Below are positions 22,973-35,011 of a stretch of 64,000 bases of DNA, one piece after another. The position numbers and the translations under genes are program-made. This DNA is from Oikopleura dioica. Its lineage: Eukaryota > Animalia > Chordata. Below the pieces are notes generated by a model. That model had not been told where the DNA came from. It saw nothing but the letters and a program-made list of their open reading frames with translations, and did no database searches. The DNA lies in contig OU015567.1 of the NCBI GenBank assembly GCA_907165135.1, positions 372,001-436,000 of the forward strand, given 5' to 3'. Position 1 is the first letter of the stretch, and the number at the start of each line of letters is the position of its first letter.

Positions 22973-24061
22973 CTAGCTGTCATATGAAAAATGAATTGAT
23001 GGATAAATTTCTGGTTCTGCTAATTCACTTAATTTGCTTACTGAAATGAAATGTGCATAAAACAAGAGGGAATCAATCTGATGCAGGGTTGGGTGACGTT
23101 TTTCATTGATTTGCCACCGGCTTTGATTATCAGATATTACCTTTTTCTGACAGTGGCAAACTGTCACCGCCCTTGTCGTTAAATATTCACTAATCTCCCT
23201 CTTTACGAGCCTGAGTAACGTCTTATTTTTACTGTAAAGATGATTCTGTAAAGAACTTCTTGCACGCGTCCATCATTTCGTAAGTAACGTAAAATTCTCT
23301 CTTGAGAGGAATTCTAATTTGCGATCCTGAATGGTCGATGAGATTGTTTTGGAGAATAAATTGGGAGTCTTCAATTCGGTCTAGCACCATTTGGTGGAAA
23401 ATTATAGACCCGTCGATTCGTTGATAGGCGCCAGTTACGGTTAACGGTTGAATAAATTCAAATTCTGAATGCAGGAGGACTGAAATTTAATAACTTACTG
23501 ATAATCTTTGTTCTTTTTAATAAACCTTTTTCAAAATCAAAGTTGCCTTGTAATCCTTGATTTAATTGATCTTTGATAATATCCCATCCGCTTTTGTTCA
23601 AATATGTTTCCAATTTCAAGCGTTTTAGGAGCACTTCGATGTTGTTCGCTTGAAATTCTTGCTCGTCATTTTTTGGATTGAGATTCAAGCCAGCCAGACT
23701 CCTCGGGTAGATGATCATTGTTAACATTGTGAAGATTTGTTCGAGTATAAAATATCTTTGCAAATCTAGGTCATCGTTATATCTAAGATCATTTTTAATA
23801 GCCCATCGAATAAGCACTGTTATGGCGATTGGTACATCAAGATTGCTTTCTTTCTGGTCGAGAACATTCTTCGTTAGATTTTTGAAGTCGAAAATAATAA
23901 CGATAATAAAAAGAAATTTTTCTCTTTTTCATTAAGAAATTCATACCCTTAGTTCTTGCATTATCTGTTCTCTTTCGTCTTCTTCGAGTGGTTTGAAGTT
24001 CAAACTTTGAACATAAGACTCCAGGCTGTCTCCAGGGTTCAACCATCTCCCTAGTCTTCAT
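22973..24061 (-). CDS. Hypothetical protein, multi-exon, unknown function
   Basis: Consecutive open coding-like segments (RWAIKNDLRY...; FEFIQPLTVTGAYQRIDG...; QNHLYSKNK...); junctions unresolved. Confidence 0.45.
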
Positions 24062-24660
24062 TTCTTTCCATATTCATCATATTCGGTCTATTAGTGTTCA
24101 TTTCCAATAAATTTGGTCTTTCAGTCTGCATCTCCATTATATCTGGCTTAAATTTAATTTTTTTCAATAACAATTTTTCAATAAAATTGAGCGTCTCTTT
24201 CTCGATTGATTTTCAGGAAGGAAATTGTGCTTCTTTCGAAAGTTTGCTTTTTACAATCATATTTGCTTTTTGAGGGGGAATCTGAACGTTTCTGATGAAT
24301 TTAGGGTTAGGGTTTCACAAGCCCTAGCAATTAATGCCATAACCAGAGTTGGTAAAAAGTATACTTCACTCGCCCTTCGGAATGAAGTATACTTCAGGGC
24401 GTTGCAGGGCGTTGAAGGGCGTGAAGTGTACTTCCGCCCTTCCCTCTGCTTCAACCGCCCTTCCGCCCTTCACTCTACTTCAAATTGGTTCTGTCGGCCA
24501 TCAGAATCCATCCGCCAGATTTTTTTCAAATTTTGCGCTTATTGGCTCTCAGGCGCCATGATTTAAATCACGCTGATTGTGGCAGATGAAGTGGCAGCTA
24601 AAGTTTTCGATAAGAACCGATAGGGCGATGCTGCTGCGGGCCCTTTTCGCGGTGCCCCGC

Positions 24661-24687
24661 GTCGCGCGAGTTGCGACATGCCTCTAG
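24661..24687 (+). mobile_element. Possible Helitron-type 3' terminus
   Basis: Hairpin gtcgc-gcgagtt-gcgac, then 6 nt, then CTAG followed by T; 5' end not identified. Confidence 0.35.
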
Positions 24688-25110
24688 TTATCGGATGATT
24701 TCAAGATACCAGTAAGCACTCGTAAAAACATTTTTTCAGAGATGAAAGATAAGTGTCTGATAGAGAACATATCGAAAAAAGAATGACGGGGTAAGACGGG
24801 CCTAGAAGATCTGCCTATTTGAAGGATAAATTCCATGTTTTTCATAATACTCATTGATTTTTTGCGAATTTTTCTTTCATATTTAAAATCAGTAGGTAAG
24901 AAAACATACTTGTCTGTAAAATCAGGAAAAACGGATGAATATTTCGGGTACATATGAATATTTCGGGTTGTAGTTGGGAAAGCGAAAATGGGGCCCTCGC
25001 GCTCCCGTGATAGTCCCTAGCCAAAACCATTGCCAAATAGACTATTTGAAATAGTCTATTCATTCACGTTTTCGAAGCTTTCCAGAACATGTTTTTTTTT
25101 TGTTATTTTT

Positions 25111-25230
25111 GGCGACGTTCGACGACATTAAGTGACATTCGTCGACATTTGGCGGCATTCATGGACATTTAGGAATATTCGTCGACATTTTGGGACATTC
25201 CACGACATTTAGCGACATTCGGCGACATAG
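25111..25230 (+). repeat. Degenerate ~10-bp minisatellite (core CGACATT)
   Basis: About 11-12 units of ...gacatt... Confidence 0.85.
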
Positions 25231-25564
25231 TCAGTGCCAGCCAAATCTTTATTTTCAAAACAAATTTGCTTGATAAAGTTTATTTGATAAAAGTCAGTTG
25301 AAATTTCAAAGGCCTTCACAGTACAAAAAAGGTTTTACGCATAAAAGTGTTGTCGACACACACATTTTTTTAAACTCTTTCAAATCTCCTAAAGCTAGCT
25401 GTCTTTTCCGAGCATTTCGATTACCTGCGCCTGAGCTCTAGAAAATTCTGCTAGCAAGGAAAAATTGATATGAGTGGAGCGCGAAGAGAAGGGGCATGAA
25501 AAACGGGTGAAAATACGGTTCCGAATCGAGAAATTTGAAAAAGAAAAAGAGAAGCGTCCAATTT

Positions 25565-26346
25565 TTAGGCTTGAGCTTGTTTGATGGCAGCAGATCGTCG
25601 CTTGAGTCGTCGCTTCTCACCTCGTCGCTTTCGGGCAGCTTCTTTATCGTAGCCCTGCGACATCGCTGAAGAATAAATTAACACGGGTCATCGTTAAAGG
25701 GGGTGAGGTACCAAGTAGATAAATTTAAAAGCCGTTAACTGTCTATTTTTGCACAAGAAATTAATATTTTTCAAGACTTATCACCAAAGTCCCTATCTAA
25801 AAAACACGTTTATGATAAAAGGGAGGAGAAAAATAGCCCAAAATTTTGGATAAAACTTCAAAAAACGAGTCCAAGATTAATTGTCTTCAGAACACTTGAT
25901 CTAATTCAAACCATTACTTGTCGAGTTAACCCTGAATCGACAATCTTTACCCGATTTTCCGGAGTCTTTTCGACAATGATGGCAAAAGCCAGTTGAAAAA
26001 GATGGGGTACCCGATTCGAACCTGAAAGAATAGCAGCTTTTTCCTCAGCTTCGTTCGCTTTTCGCTCTTCTTCAGCCTTCTCTCGCGCTTCCTTGGCGAG
26101 TCGCTCAGCCTCGACCTTGGCCTTTTCCTTCTCCATTCGAGCGTTTTTCTGCTCTTCTCGGAGCTACAGCAATTTTAGCTTCAATAGCTATTTTGTCAAC
26201 TTTACCGCTTTTCGGTCGTTCATTCGTCCTTCAAGAGAAGTGATGTTTTCCTCATCAGCAGCTCGCTTTTGGAAGTGATCGTCGCACATTCGCTTCAACT
26301 CGGCCAAATCTCGCTCGAGTCGCTTCTTTACGAAATCGTCATCCAT
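25565..26346 (-). CDS. TNNT: Short troponin T-like protein (three exons, about 125 aa)
   Basis: MDDDFVKKRLERDLAELKRMCDDHFQKRAADEENITSLEGRMNDRK / LREEQKNARMEKEK...AAILS / AMSQGYDKEAARKRRGEKRR...* resembles the TnT1 tropomyosin-binding region. Confidence 0.75.
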
Positions 26347-26767
26347 CGTTGAAAATTTGCTCTAGAATCGAAAATAAGCCAAGATCCCCCGCTTTATCTC
26401 TTCTATTATTATCGTCATAAAATTACGAATTTACACAAAAAATTTGAAAATTACCTCGTTCCTCGACAAGCAAAAATTGAAAAAACAAGGGTCGGGCCAA
26501 GGTGGATCCGCAGAAGACTCAACAGCTGTCTCCCCAACAGAAATCACGCCAGCTCTTGTAGCCAGGTCACAACAGCAACTGATGAGCTAACAACTTGCTG
26601 ACAGGGCGCTTTTAACTCTTGTTAGCCCTGTTTGTTGGAAAACTCGTAAATAATAAAATTATTGTCAAGATATACTGTCAAGATAGAATTGTCCTGTTTT
26701 GACATTATCATGATTGCTCATGATAAAGTTTTCTGGAAAAAAAACGATAGATGGAAAATTAAAAAAG

Positions 26768-27807
26768 ATGTTTCCAAAGTATACTTTCCGCCCTTTCACA
26801 AGTAAATAATATGTTCTTCCTTGATTTCAAAACAAAATTTCAGCTGAAGAGAAGGAAGAAATCAAGACCAGAAAGCGCCAAAAAGAAAGCAGAAAACCTT
26901 CGATTTCGAAAGCGATTTTTAAAGTAATTTGACGATTTTTCTTCATATATTATATCTTGAATAGATGCCATTTTACGTGGTCGAAAACGGGCGAGGTTTC
27001 AAATTTGGCGACGGCTTGATTGTCAAAAACTCCAAAAAAGAAGAATCAAAAGAGGAGGAACTTCTTGAGCCTGAAGATGTACTTCTTGTTTTTGACTTTC
27101 TTTAGAGAAAAATTAAGGGGGTGGTGGTCGAGAATCAGACTTCTTTTGACAAAATTAACGCAAAATTCTTCTTAAAAATCTTATTTTTTCTAACCGAAAA
27201 TGGGTTAAAAAGGGTTCAAATTATGTGGGCGACTTGGTCTGAAAAATATATTTTGTCAAAAAATTGTCGTTATTTTGGGTCAAAGTGGACCTGAAATCTC
27301 ATTTTATGCTATTTTTGAGAAATCATTTTCGGCTTTTTGATAATTTTCGGCTATTTTAGGCGACTAACTTGCCTAAACCATAGTTTTTGAGCTAGAAAAA
27401 AATCATAAAAGAAATATCTGAAGTTTATTCTTTGAAATACTGAAAATAAATGCCGAAAATCAAGAATCCTAGATAAATTCTCGACCACCACCCCCTTAAG
27501 GAAATGTCGGGTTTGCTAGACGCAAAAGAGCAGGCGAAAAAGAAGAATGAGACGTCTGAAGAAGGGTCAGGATCGGATTCGGAAGAAGAATCGGAAGAAG
27601 AAGGCGATCTAGAGGATGTAGAAATGTAAGAAACAAAGATGGAAAGGAGAAAGAAAGAGTTGTTTTTCAGAGACCCGGCAGAAATAGAAGCTGCGCTAGA
27701 AGTAGACGCGGACGATGGTAAGAGAGCTATTTTTAGAAATGGTATATGAGTTGATTGAAGGCGATGACAGCAATGACGACGACGCGGAGGAAGACGATCT
27801 TATTTGA
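26768..27807 (+). CDS. Acidic-tailed protein, tentatively RNA polymerase III subunit RPC7/RPC31-like; may extend to ~28156
   Basis: Spliced MFPKYTFRPFTTEEKEE...IFKMPFYVVE... followed by a D/E-rich tail; resembles LFPxxxYKP...MPYFIE of POLR3G; all introns in phase. Confidence 0.45.
27117..27495. mobile_element. TTAA-target MITE (Kolobok-like, GG termini), 379 bp
   Basis: TTAA-gggggtggtggtcgagaat ... attctcgaccaccaccccc-TTAA. Confidence 0.9.
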
Positions 27808-30459
27808 GTTCAAGTATCTTCTTACTCAGCAGAATACGAGCTGAACTTTGAAACTGGATTTTGAAAATGATTTATTTGAACTCGGAAACAGCGACGAAAT
27901 CGGATCAGAACTGGACAAGGGCCTTGATCGCCTCGACTGCGCAGTGGAAGACGAAATGAAAGGTTTTCGATTGCCTGCTCATTAAAATGAATTTTGTCAT
28001 TCAATTTTGTATTCAGATAACAGCCAGCAGGTGATTTATCTGACGGACATCAGTCACTCGGCATCGATCGCTGGCGAATTTACCGATCAGGACTCGTACA
28101 TGCTCGACGAGTTTCCTGATCAAAATGGCGATCAGACGTCTTACCTGCTTGTTTAATGCTCCATCAGTACGAAAATGATATTTTTAAAAGAATAAAGAAG
28201 ATGACAAATGTACTTGCTCTTGATCTTAAACATTTATTATAAAGCGCCAAAAAGGTTGTTGCCATTAATGAGATTCGCCATCTTTGAGTCGTCCCAGAAG
28301 CCTTAAGTGAAGGTTAAAAAGGAGGAAAATGAGATCGATAAACCAAATTGAAGTCATAAAAGAACGACTTCGTTCTTTATTAACAAAAAGGCTGTTGTTA
28401 AAACGATTGAGATTTACTAAAATGATTGTTTCTACGCTCCCTTCCTTACGTCGTTTTTGTCAGTAAAATTCTGGAGAAGTTAGCTCTAGAGCCTAGAATA
28501 AGGGCTAAAAGTACCAACTTGTCACCGAACCGACTCTTATTAGCAGTTGGGGTCCGTGTACAGTCAGTTTAAATCCGACGAAAATGACCAACTAACTGAG
28601 AAAGTCGGGGTTTGGCAACCCTAACTCTAGAATCCAAACGGTAGTAGGGGCCCCCTATTAGGGTGTTATCATTCGAGCTGCCCCGAACCTTAAAACTAAC
28701 CAAGGGGGCTTCGCTCCCCGGACCCCCTTAAGAGTTACCAGTCCCTAGCCCTAACCACTAGCCCAGATTCTAAAGAAATTGAATGGCTCGAATCATAGGC
28801 TCGAATGATAGCCCCTCTCTTCGATCAAAACCTGGTGATGGAGATCTCTTTCCGACGAACATCATTCCGTCCAAAAACTCGTTGTACTCGTCGGCCGATC
28901 TTTGTTGTAAATTGAGCGGATTTGCGCTAACGAAATTGATGATCTTAATTTTCTTGTTTCAAAAAGTTAGTCCTCGTTGATTTCAAATAAGTTTTGAAAC
29001 AAGTGCCGAAAAAGCGAAAAAAGTGAGGTTCATTTTCGTTTTTTTGTTTGATGCGCCGCGTAAAATGTAAAATAGCTTCTGAAAACGAAAAGGGGGTGAC
29101 GAGGAGATTGGCTTTGATTTGAAATGTACAGGTGATCAAAGATTAACAAGGACGCGGTGAATACGCGGTAGCATTATTTTTATATAGCATTATGGATGAA
29201 GAATTGCCATTACTGTGCAATTAACTGTCTCTTGTACCGATACAATCATCATTTCAGTCAGCATTAGTATTCAACCCTTCGCTCTTGTTAACGCTATTTT
29301 GTCTCTCAGTATCATTTGCTTAATTCACAGGGAACAATGTCTGGGAGAGCAAAATGAACTTGACGGTACCGTAAAAAAACTGACAAGAGCTTTCTACGCA
29401 GGTTTCCGACCTCGGGCTTTGATGAAAATCCTATGTTGATGATTTTTAGCGACAAAATGTATTTGGAACTCTTGAGACATGAGAGGCAAAATGGATGGGT
29501 CCGCTTATATTATAAGCCGAGATATATAATTAAATGATCATCTGCGTATAATTCTTTATTAAAAATTGGATGATCCACTTTTCGGACCGTCTGCCCGGCA
29601 ATCGTGTTCCGCTCTTAATTTATATTTTCTTATTTAACAGACATGACAAAAGATGTCTTGTAGACTTGAGGTTCTTTTTCCCCCGTTTGAACTTACTTTA
29701 ATTTGAACTAAAGTTGAGTTTCAGAAACTGCTCTTTGATGATGCTCAAATCGACCACGTCTTATGTATATCAACTTCATTAAACTTTGATTAAGAGCAGC
29801 TTTAGCGATTCTTAAGGATTATTCTCCGAAAAGGGTTTATTCAGAGTTCACTTATTAGCGTACAAAGTAGGCTTAACTCGCATTGGCATCGTGTCACTAA
29901 GACTTTCTTACAGTAGGTAGTAGTCTAATTCTTCATTTGTTTAGTAACATTGTATGTTTTGTAAAGACTTAATCTTTTAATGTCATGAATTTCAGCTAAA
30001 AATAACTTAACACTTGCTCTCAGTTGGTAGATTTAGACATTCTGTCAATTTCCACAAGAGTCTCGGAAAAATCAGTCTGCTGCTGCCGATCCAATTGGCG
30101 AGTCATTCAGAATAATACGGTACAAGAAAGGGAGTACTCATTCTAGCAGTCGATCTGCTCAAGGAAGTCCCAATTTTATGGGATTGAGCTTTTTAATTAT
30201 TCAAGAAGGTAGCATTTTTAACTGTTTTTCGTTTTTCAAAATGTATATTTTCCAAATTTATTTTGACAAAAGGTGGAAATTTCCGAACAACCCTAACCCT
30301 AATCGTCCGTTTTTTCCCTTGAGCAAATAATTCCAGACTTTTCAATAAGATTTTTCGAGTCGCAAAAGTCGAAAATAATTTCGCGTTGAATGACGTCATC
30401 ACTCGCGCGCGAAAGACGCGTTTTGGCTCAAAAGTCGTTTTCCTCACAAAAGTCCTTTT

Positions 30460-31048
30460 GACGCGCTTTTTCTAAGGTGGTGGAGGTTTTCTAGCCCACT
30501 TGCGCCTTATAAACCCTAGAACACCATACCTTTTCGGAATCAGCAGGAAATTCTAAGAACTTTGACCCTTTTAGTTTTCGAAAATTCCACTTCCGGTCCG
30601 ATTCTAGAGCCGGAAGTTGGCGAAATTTAGGAGTTAGGGTAAAGTTTGACATATCAAATTGATGCTCAGAAGATTTCCTTTAAATTAAAGCAAGAATCGA
30701 TCCCGACCGCGGTCAAACCAACCGGTTAAAACTGAAAAAATCATCAATTTATGCGTTTTTTCATAATTTTACCGGTTCGATTGACCACGTTTGGGACTGT
30801 TTCATCTGACATATTGATTTCAGGATGACTCAAAACGTTCGAGCATCAATTTGATATGTCAAACTTTACCCTAACTCCTAAATTTCGCCAACTTCCGGCT
30901 CTAGAATCGGACCGGAAGTGGAATTTTCGAAAACTAAAAGGGTCAAAGTTCTTAGAATTTCCTGCTGATTCCGAAAAGGTATGGTGTTCTAGGGTTTATA
31001 AGGCGCAAGTGGGCTAGAAAACCTCCACCACCTTAAAAAAAGCGCGTC
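30460..31048. mobile_element. Foldback-like element with ~208-bp near-perfect TIRs
   Basis: 30460-30667 is the reverse complement of 30841-31048. Confidence 0.9.
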
Positions 31049-31320
31049 TTTACAAATAATGAAGCGAGAAAAGCAAGAAAAAAGAATTTTCTGTAAAGAA
31101 AAAATCGAAGTGTAAACCGCTGAGCGGTCGCGAATGCTTGTGTTTTACTTTCTGCGAAATGTGTGAAACGAAATTGATCTTTGGCTTTCTTTCTTTTTTC
31201 TGTCTGTTGTGCTGAGCTCAAACACGAGAAAAATATTTATTCTTTTTGACCTCGATTCTTGATAATTCATTTTCGAACTGTTCAAATTTCAAAGAGAGGG
31301 TTGATAAAGAAAAATTCTAG

Positions 31321-34300
31321 ATGAATGAGGACGACGACGTCCTCTTGATCGACGATGATGTGAATTCGACTCTGACGGATGACGAAGAGAGAGAGCTCAT
31401 TTAGACGTTGGGCTCGGCAACATGAGTAGAAAACCTGAGTCACGGTAAAAGGCCGTAAGCTGCTCTTTCAGGAATCTGAGTCAGGGTTTCTACGCAGGTT
31501 GCCGAGCCAAGTTCAGAAAATACAGGAATTCAAGCTGGCGATGAACTGTACAAAATCAAAAACGAGTTCGAGTCGCTCAACTACGAAATCGTCCAAAACC
31601 GCATCCGCCAGGACGAGCTTCGGCGGCACAATAAGACTTCTTCGACGACGAAAGAGCTGGAGAGATGGCTGATTTGCTTCTTTATCGGTGCTTTGACCGG
31701 CGCGATCGGAGTGGTAATCACAGTCTCGATCGAGGCACTTTCGGGATTGAAGCAAAAATGGCTGAATAACTTGTTTCACCCAAGGCAGGGATCTTTATTT
31801 CAATAGCTTCTTTGCTCGAACTTCGAGCCTCGAAGAAGCAAACGGCTTCTCGATTTTCACTAGTAAAATAAGTCAGAAACGAGAATATTGCGCATATTGA
31901 TCCTTGATGAAAGAGAAGTCGAAAGCCACGTGTCCTCCTTCGTCCCCGTCCTCGTCTGGTGCTGGCTGGACACTTCCTTCGTCCTTATTTCCGGACTAAT
32001 GTGTGCCTTTCTCGCGCCAGTCGCCGCTGGCTCCGGCATTCCTCAAATCAAATGCTTCCTCAACGGCGTTCGTTTCCCAAAAGTCATTCGTCTAAAAACA
32101 CTCATCGTCAAAGTTCTTGGAATCATCCTGGCCGTCTCTGGCGGCCTCGTCTGCGGGAAAGAAGGGCCGATGGTCCACGCTGGCGCCGTTTTAGCGGGAG
32201 GTATTTCGCAAGGAAACTCGCTGTCGCTTGGAATCACGACGTCGATTTTCGAACATTTCAGAGATGATCACGAAAAGAGAGATTTCGTCGCGGCTGGAGC
32301 TGCCGCTGGAGTCAGGAAATGGATGAAAATAAATAAAGATAGAGATCTTTTTCTGGCGAATTATTCAATAAATCGCCATCTGCGGCTTTTCGAAATGAAT
32401 AACATCTGCAGTTTGGGAGGAATCCTTCCAAAATAAAGCCGCAAGCTTCTTTCTATTTTTTATCCAACTGAAAGCGCGGCTTTTGGCGCCCCCGTCGGTG
32501 GAGTTCTCTTCGCGCTCGAAGAAGCTGCTTCTTTCTGGAACCAGCCTTTGACCTGGCGCATCTTTTTCTGCTCGATGACTTCGTTCATGAGCCTCAACTA
32601 CGGACTGACAGCGATGAAGACTGATCTTCAATTTGGGAATTTCTCCGCCGTTGGTTTGCTGAATTTCGGCAAGTTTGATAATTCAATGTGGTATTATTAC
32701 GAACTGCCGCTTTTTGTGCTCATGGGAGTCATCGGCGGTCTCCTAGGAGCTTGCTTCGTCCAGCTGAACAAAGTAATCACAATCAACAGAATCCATCTTC
32801 GACCGAGTCGCCTCGCGAAAACGCTAGAAACCGGCTGCATCGCCCTACTTTCTACTTGTGCTTACATCGTCATGCTCTACGTAAACCCTTATTGCCGCGA
32901 CGAAACGGAAGACGGACCAGCTGGATCTGCGATTAGCATGAAGGAATTTCAACATTTGCGAATGAACTGCGGCCCGCATCAGTACAACACCATGAGTTTA
33001 CTTTCGTTTGGAACGCCAGAAACTGCTGTAAAGGTACATTTCTCGGCGGATCACTGAGAACCTGTGTTAAAACCTGACTCAGGTTCTCCTGAAAGGCGTT
33101 TGGTAAAAAGCTTTGTGGGAATTTCAGGGCCCTAACTCAGGTTTCTACACAGGGTACCGAGCCGAGTTTATCAGATAAAGAAATTTATCGAACTTTTAAG
33201 GCCATGTTTCACGAGCCCTACGATTTCTTCCATTCTACTACCCTTCTCATCTTCTTGCCAATCTACTGGCTTTTGGCTTGCCTAACGTATGGCATTTCAG
33301 TTCCCTCCGGTCTTTTTGTCCCTGCTCTGCTGTGCGGAGCCACTTGGGGCCGACTCGTCCACATTCTAATGGCGACGATCTGCGGCGTCGAGAAAATCAG
33401 CGATCCAAGCGTATATGCTCTCGTCGGTGCTGCTGCCGGTTTGGCTGGCACTGTCAGAATGACGCTCTCCCTCTGCGTCATTATTATCGAAGGTGAGAAA
33501 AAAGAACGAAAAATGAAGAAACGAGGCCCTTTTCTTTCTAGCGACTGGGAATTTGACCCTTGCGTTGCCGATTACAGCTGTTTTAATCACGAGCAAAGCT
33601 GTGGGAGATCTCTTCAACAAGGGAATCTACGATACTCACATCCATCTCTGGGGAGTGCCCATTCTCGAGTGGGAACCACCACCGAACTCAGAATTGATCA
33701 AGGCGACGGGAATCATGTCCAAACCAGTTGTTGGCTTCAGATCAGGTAAAAAAAGGTTTGAAAAAGGGATGAAATTGGTCTTTTAAGTCGAAACTGTGAG
33801 AAATCTGTACAACGAATTGGCATCATCGAACCATCAACACAACGGATTCCCGGTTACTGACGCTAATAACGGCGACTATCAAGGATTAGGTAAATTTCAC
33901 TAGAAGTTGTCCTTGATTTCGACTTTTTATTTGAGTTTTACGAAGTCACATTCTGCTAATATTGAAAAATCGCTTGTTTTACGACCCATCGCGGCCGCAG
34001 GATTTGCTCTCGTTGACCGAGCTCAGAAGTGCTTATCCGAGGTACTTTTCAGTATCAGAGACGGGAATCGAAGAAGTGGATATGGACAAACTCGTCGATC
34101 TCAGGAATGGTTAATGAAAATCACTTCATGAAAAAGACCAGAAAAAATATTTCTCCTTTTTCTTCATGATGATTTTTTTTCAGAGATATATTTGATCAAA
34201 TCTTATTAACATTAATCAGACCCTATATCAACAAGTCCGTCCACATGCTGACAGTCGAAAGCACCTTGGAGAGTATTTTCCGACTCTTTCGAGCTCTTGG

Positions 34301-34515
34301 GCTCCGTCATGCCGTCGTCGTCGATAAAGCCCTCAAACCGATTGGAATCGTCACCAGAAAAGGTCTGTTCCGTTAGTTGTGGATGAAATCCCTTCCGGCT
34401 TTCATTCCCTATTTAATTATTTTCTTCAGACATCGCTCGTTTTCGCGCAGAGAACGAGGCCGTCCATCGAATTCCAATTGACGAGTTTCGTCAATCGCAC
34501 GTCTACTACGATTGA
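31321..34515 (+). CDS. CLCN7: Lysosomal 2Cl-/H+ exchanger CLC-7 (CLC-6/7 branch) with CBS domains
   Basis: [63 protein letters not shown]; GA-AG intron at 32316-32474. Confidence 0.95.
31409..31509. mobile_element. MITE family A, CLCN7 intron 1
   Basis: tgggctcggcaacatgagtagaaaacctgagtca ... caggttgccgagcca. Confidence 0.85.
33047..33163. mobile_element. MITE family A, CLCN7 intron
   Basis: acctgtgttaaaacctgactcagg ... ctcaggtttctacacagggtaccgagcc. Confidence 0.75.
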
Positions 34516-35011
34516 TCGGCCTTTTTCGATTTGTACAAAGAAAATTAAGATACCAAAACGCCTTCAATTCAACCTCATTTACCTTCATTCGCCAATCTTT
34601 TTATACTTTCAAAAATATCTTATTTCTCATTCTCTCTTTCATCCATTTTTACACTGTTTCAGTTTGAGCTCCAACCCTGTCTTGTTTCAAAAATATTGAA
34701 TAACAGAAATAAATTTATAGCGATACCCTTATTTTCAAAATTATGCTCTTACAGTTCCGACAAAATCGCATTTACTCATTCTTCATTCTTGTTTTTACAC
34801 TTTCTTTTATTGAATAGTTCTAGTCTCATCTTATCCTTGTTCATTCGTGATTTCTTGTTTATGTTTGTGTGTCGCTAAAATATTTATTTATTGAAACTCG
34901 AAGCTCAACTTTTTCGACTGTTGAAATTTTCAATTTTCGATTCAAACATGCGTTTTTTATAGAGATGATTTACTATTGCAAAGAAAAATTGTAAAAAAAG
35001 GAATTGAATAA

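Noticed and set aside
26012-26022. tRNA B-box (GGTTCGAATCG on the minus strand)
   Set aside because: No T-stem pairing or cloverleaf; it coincides with a troponin T intron donor.
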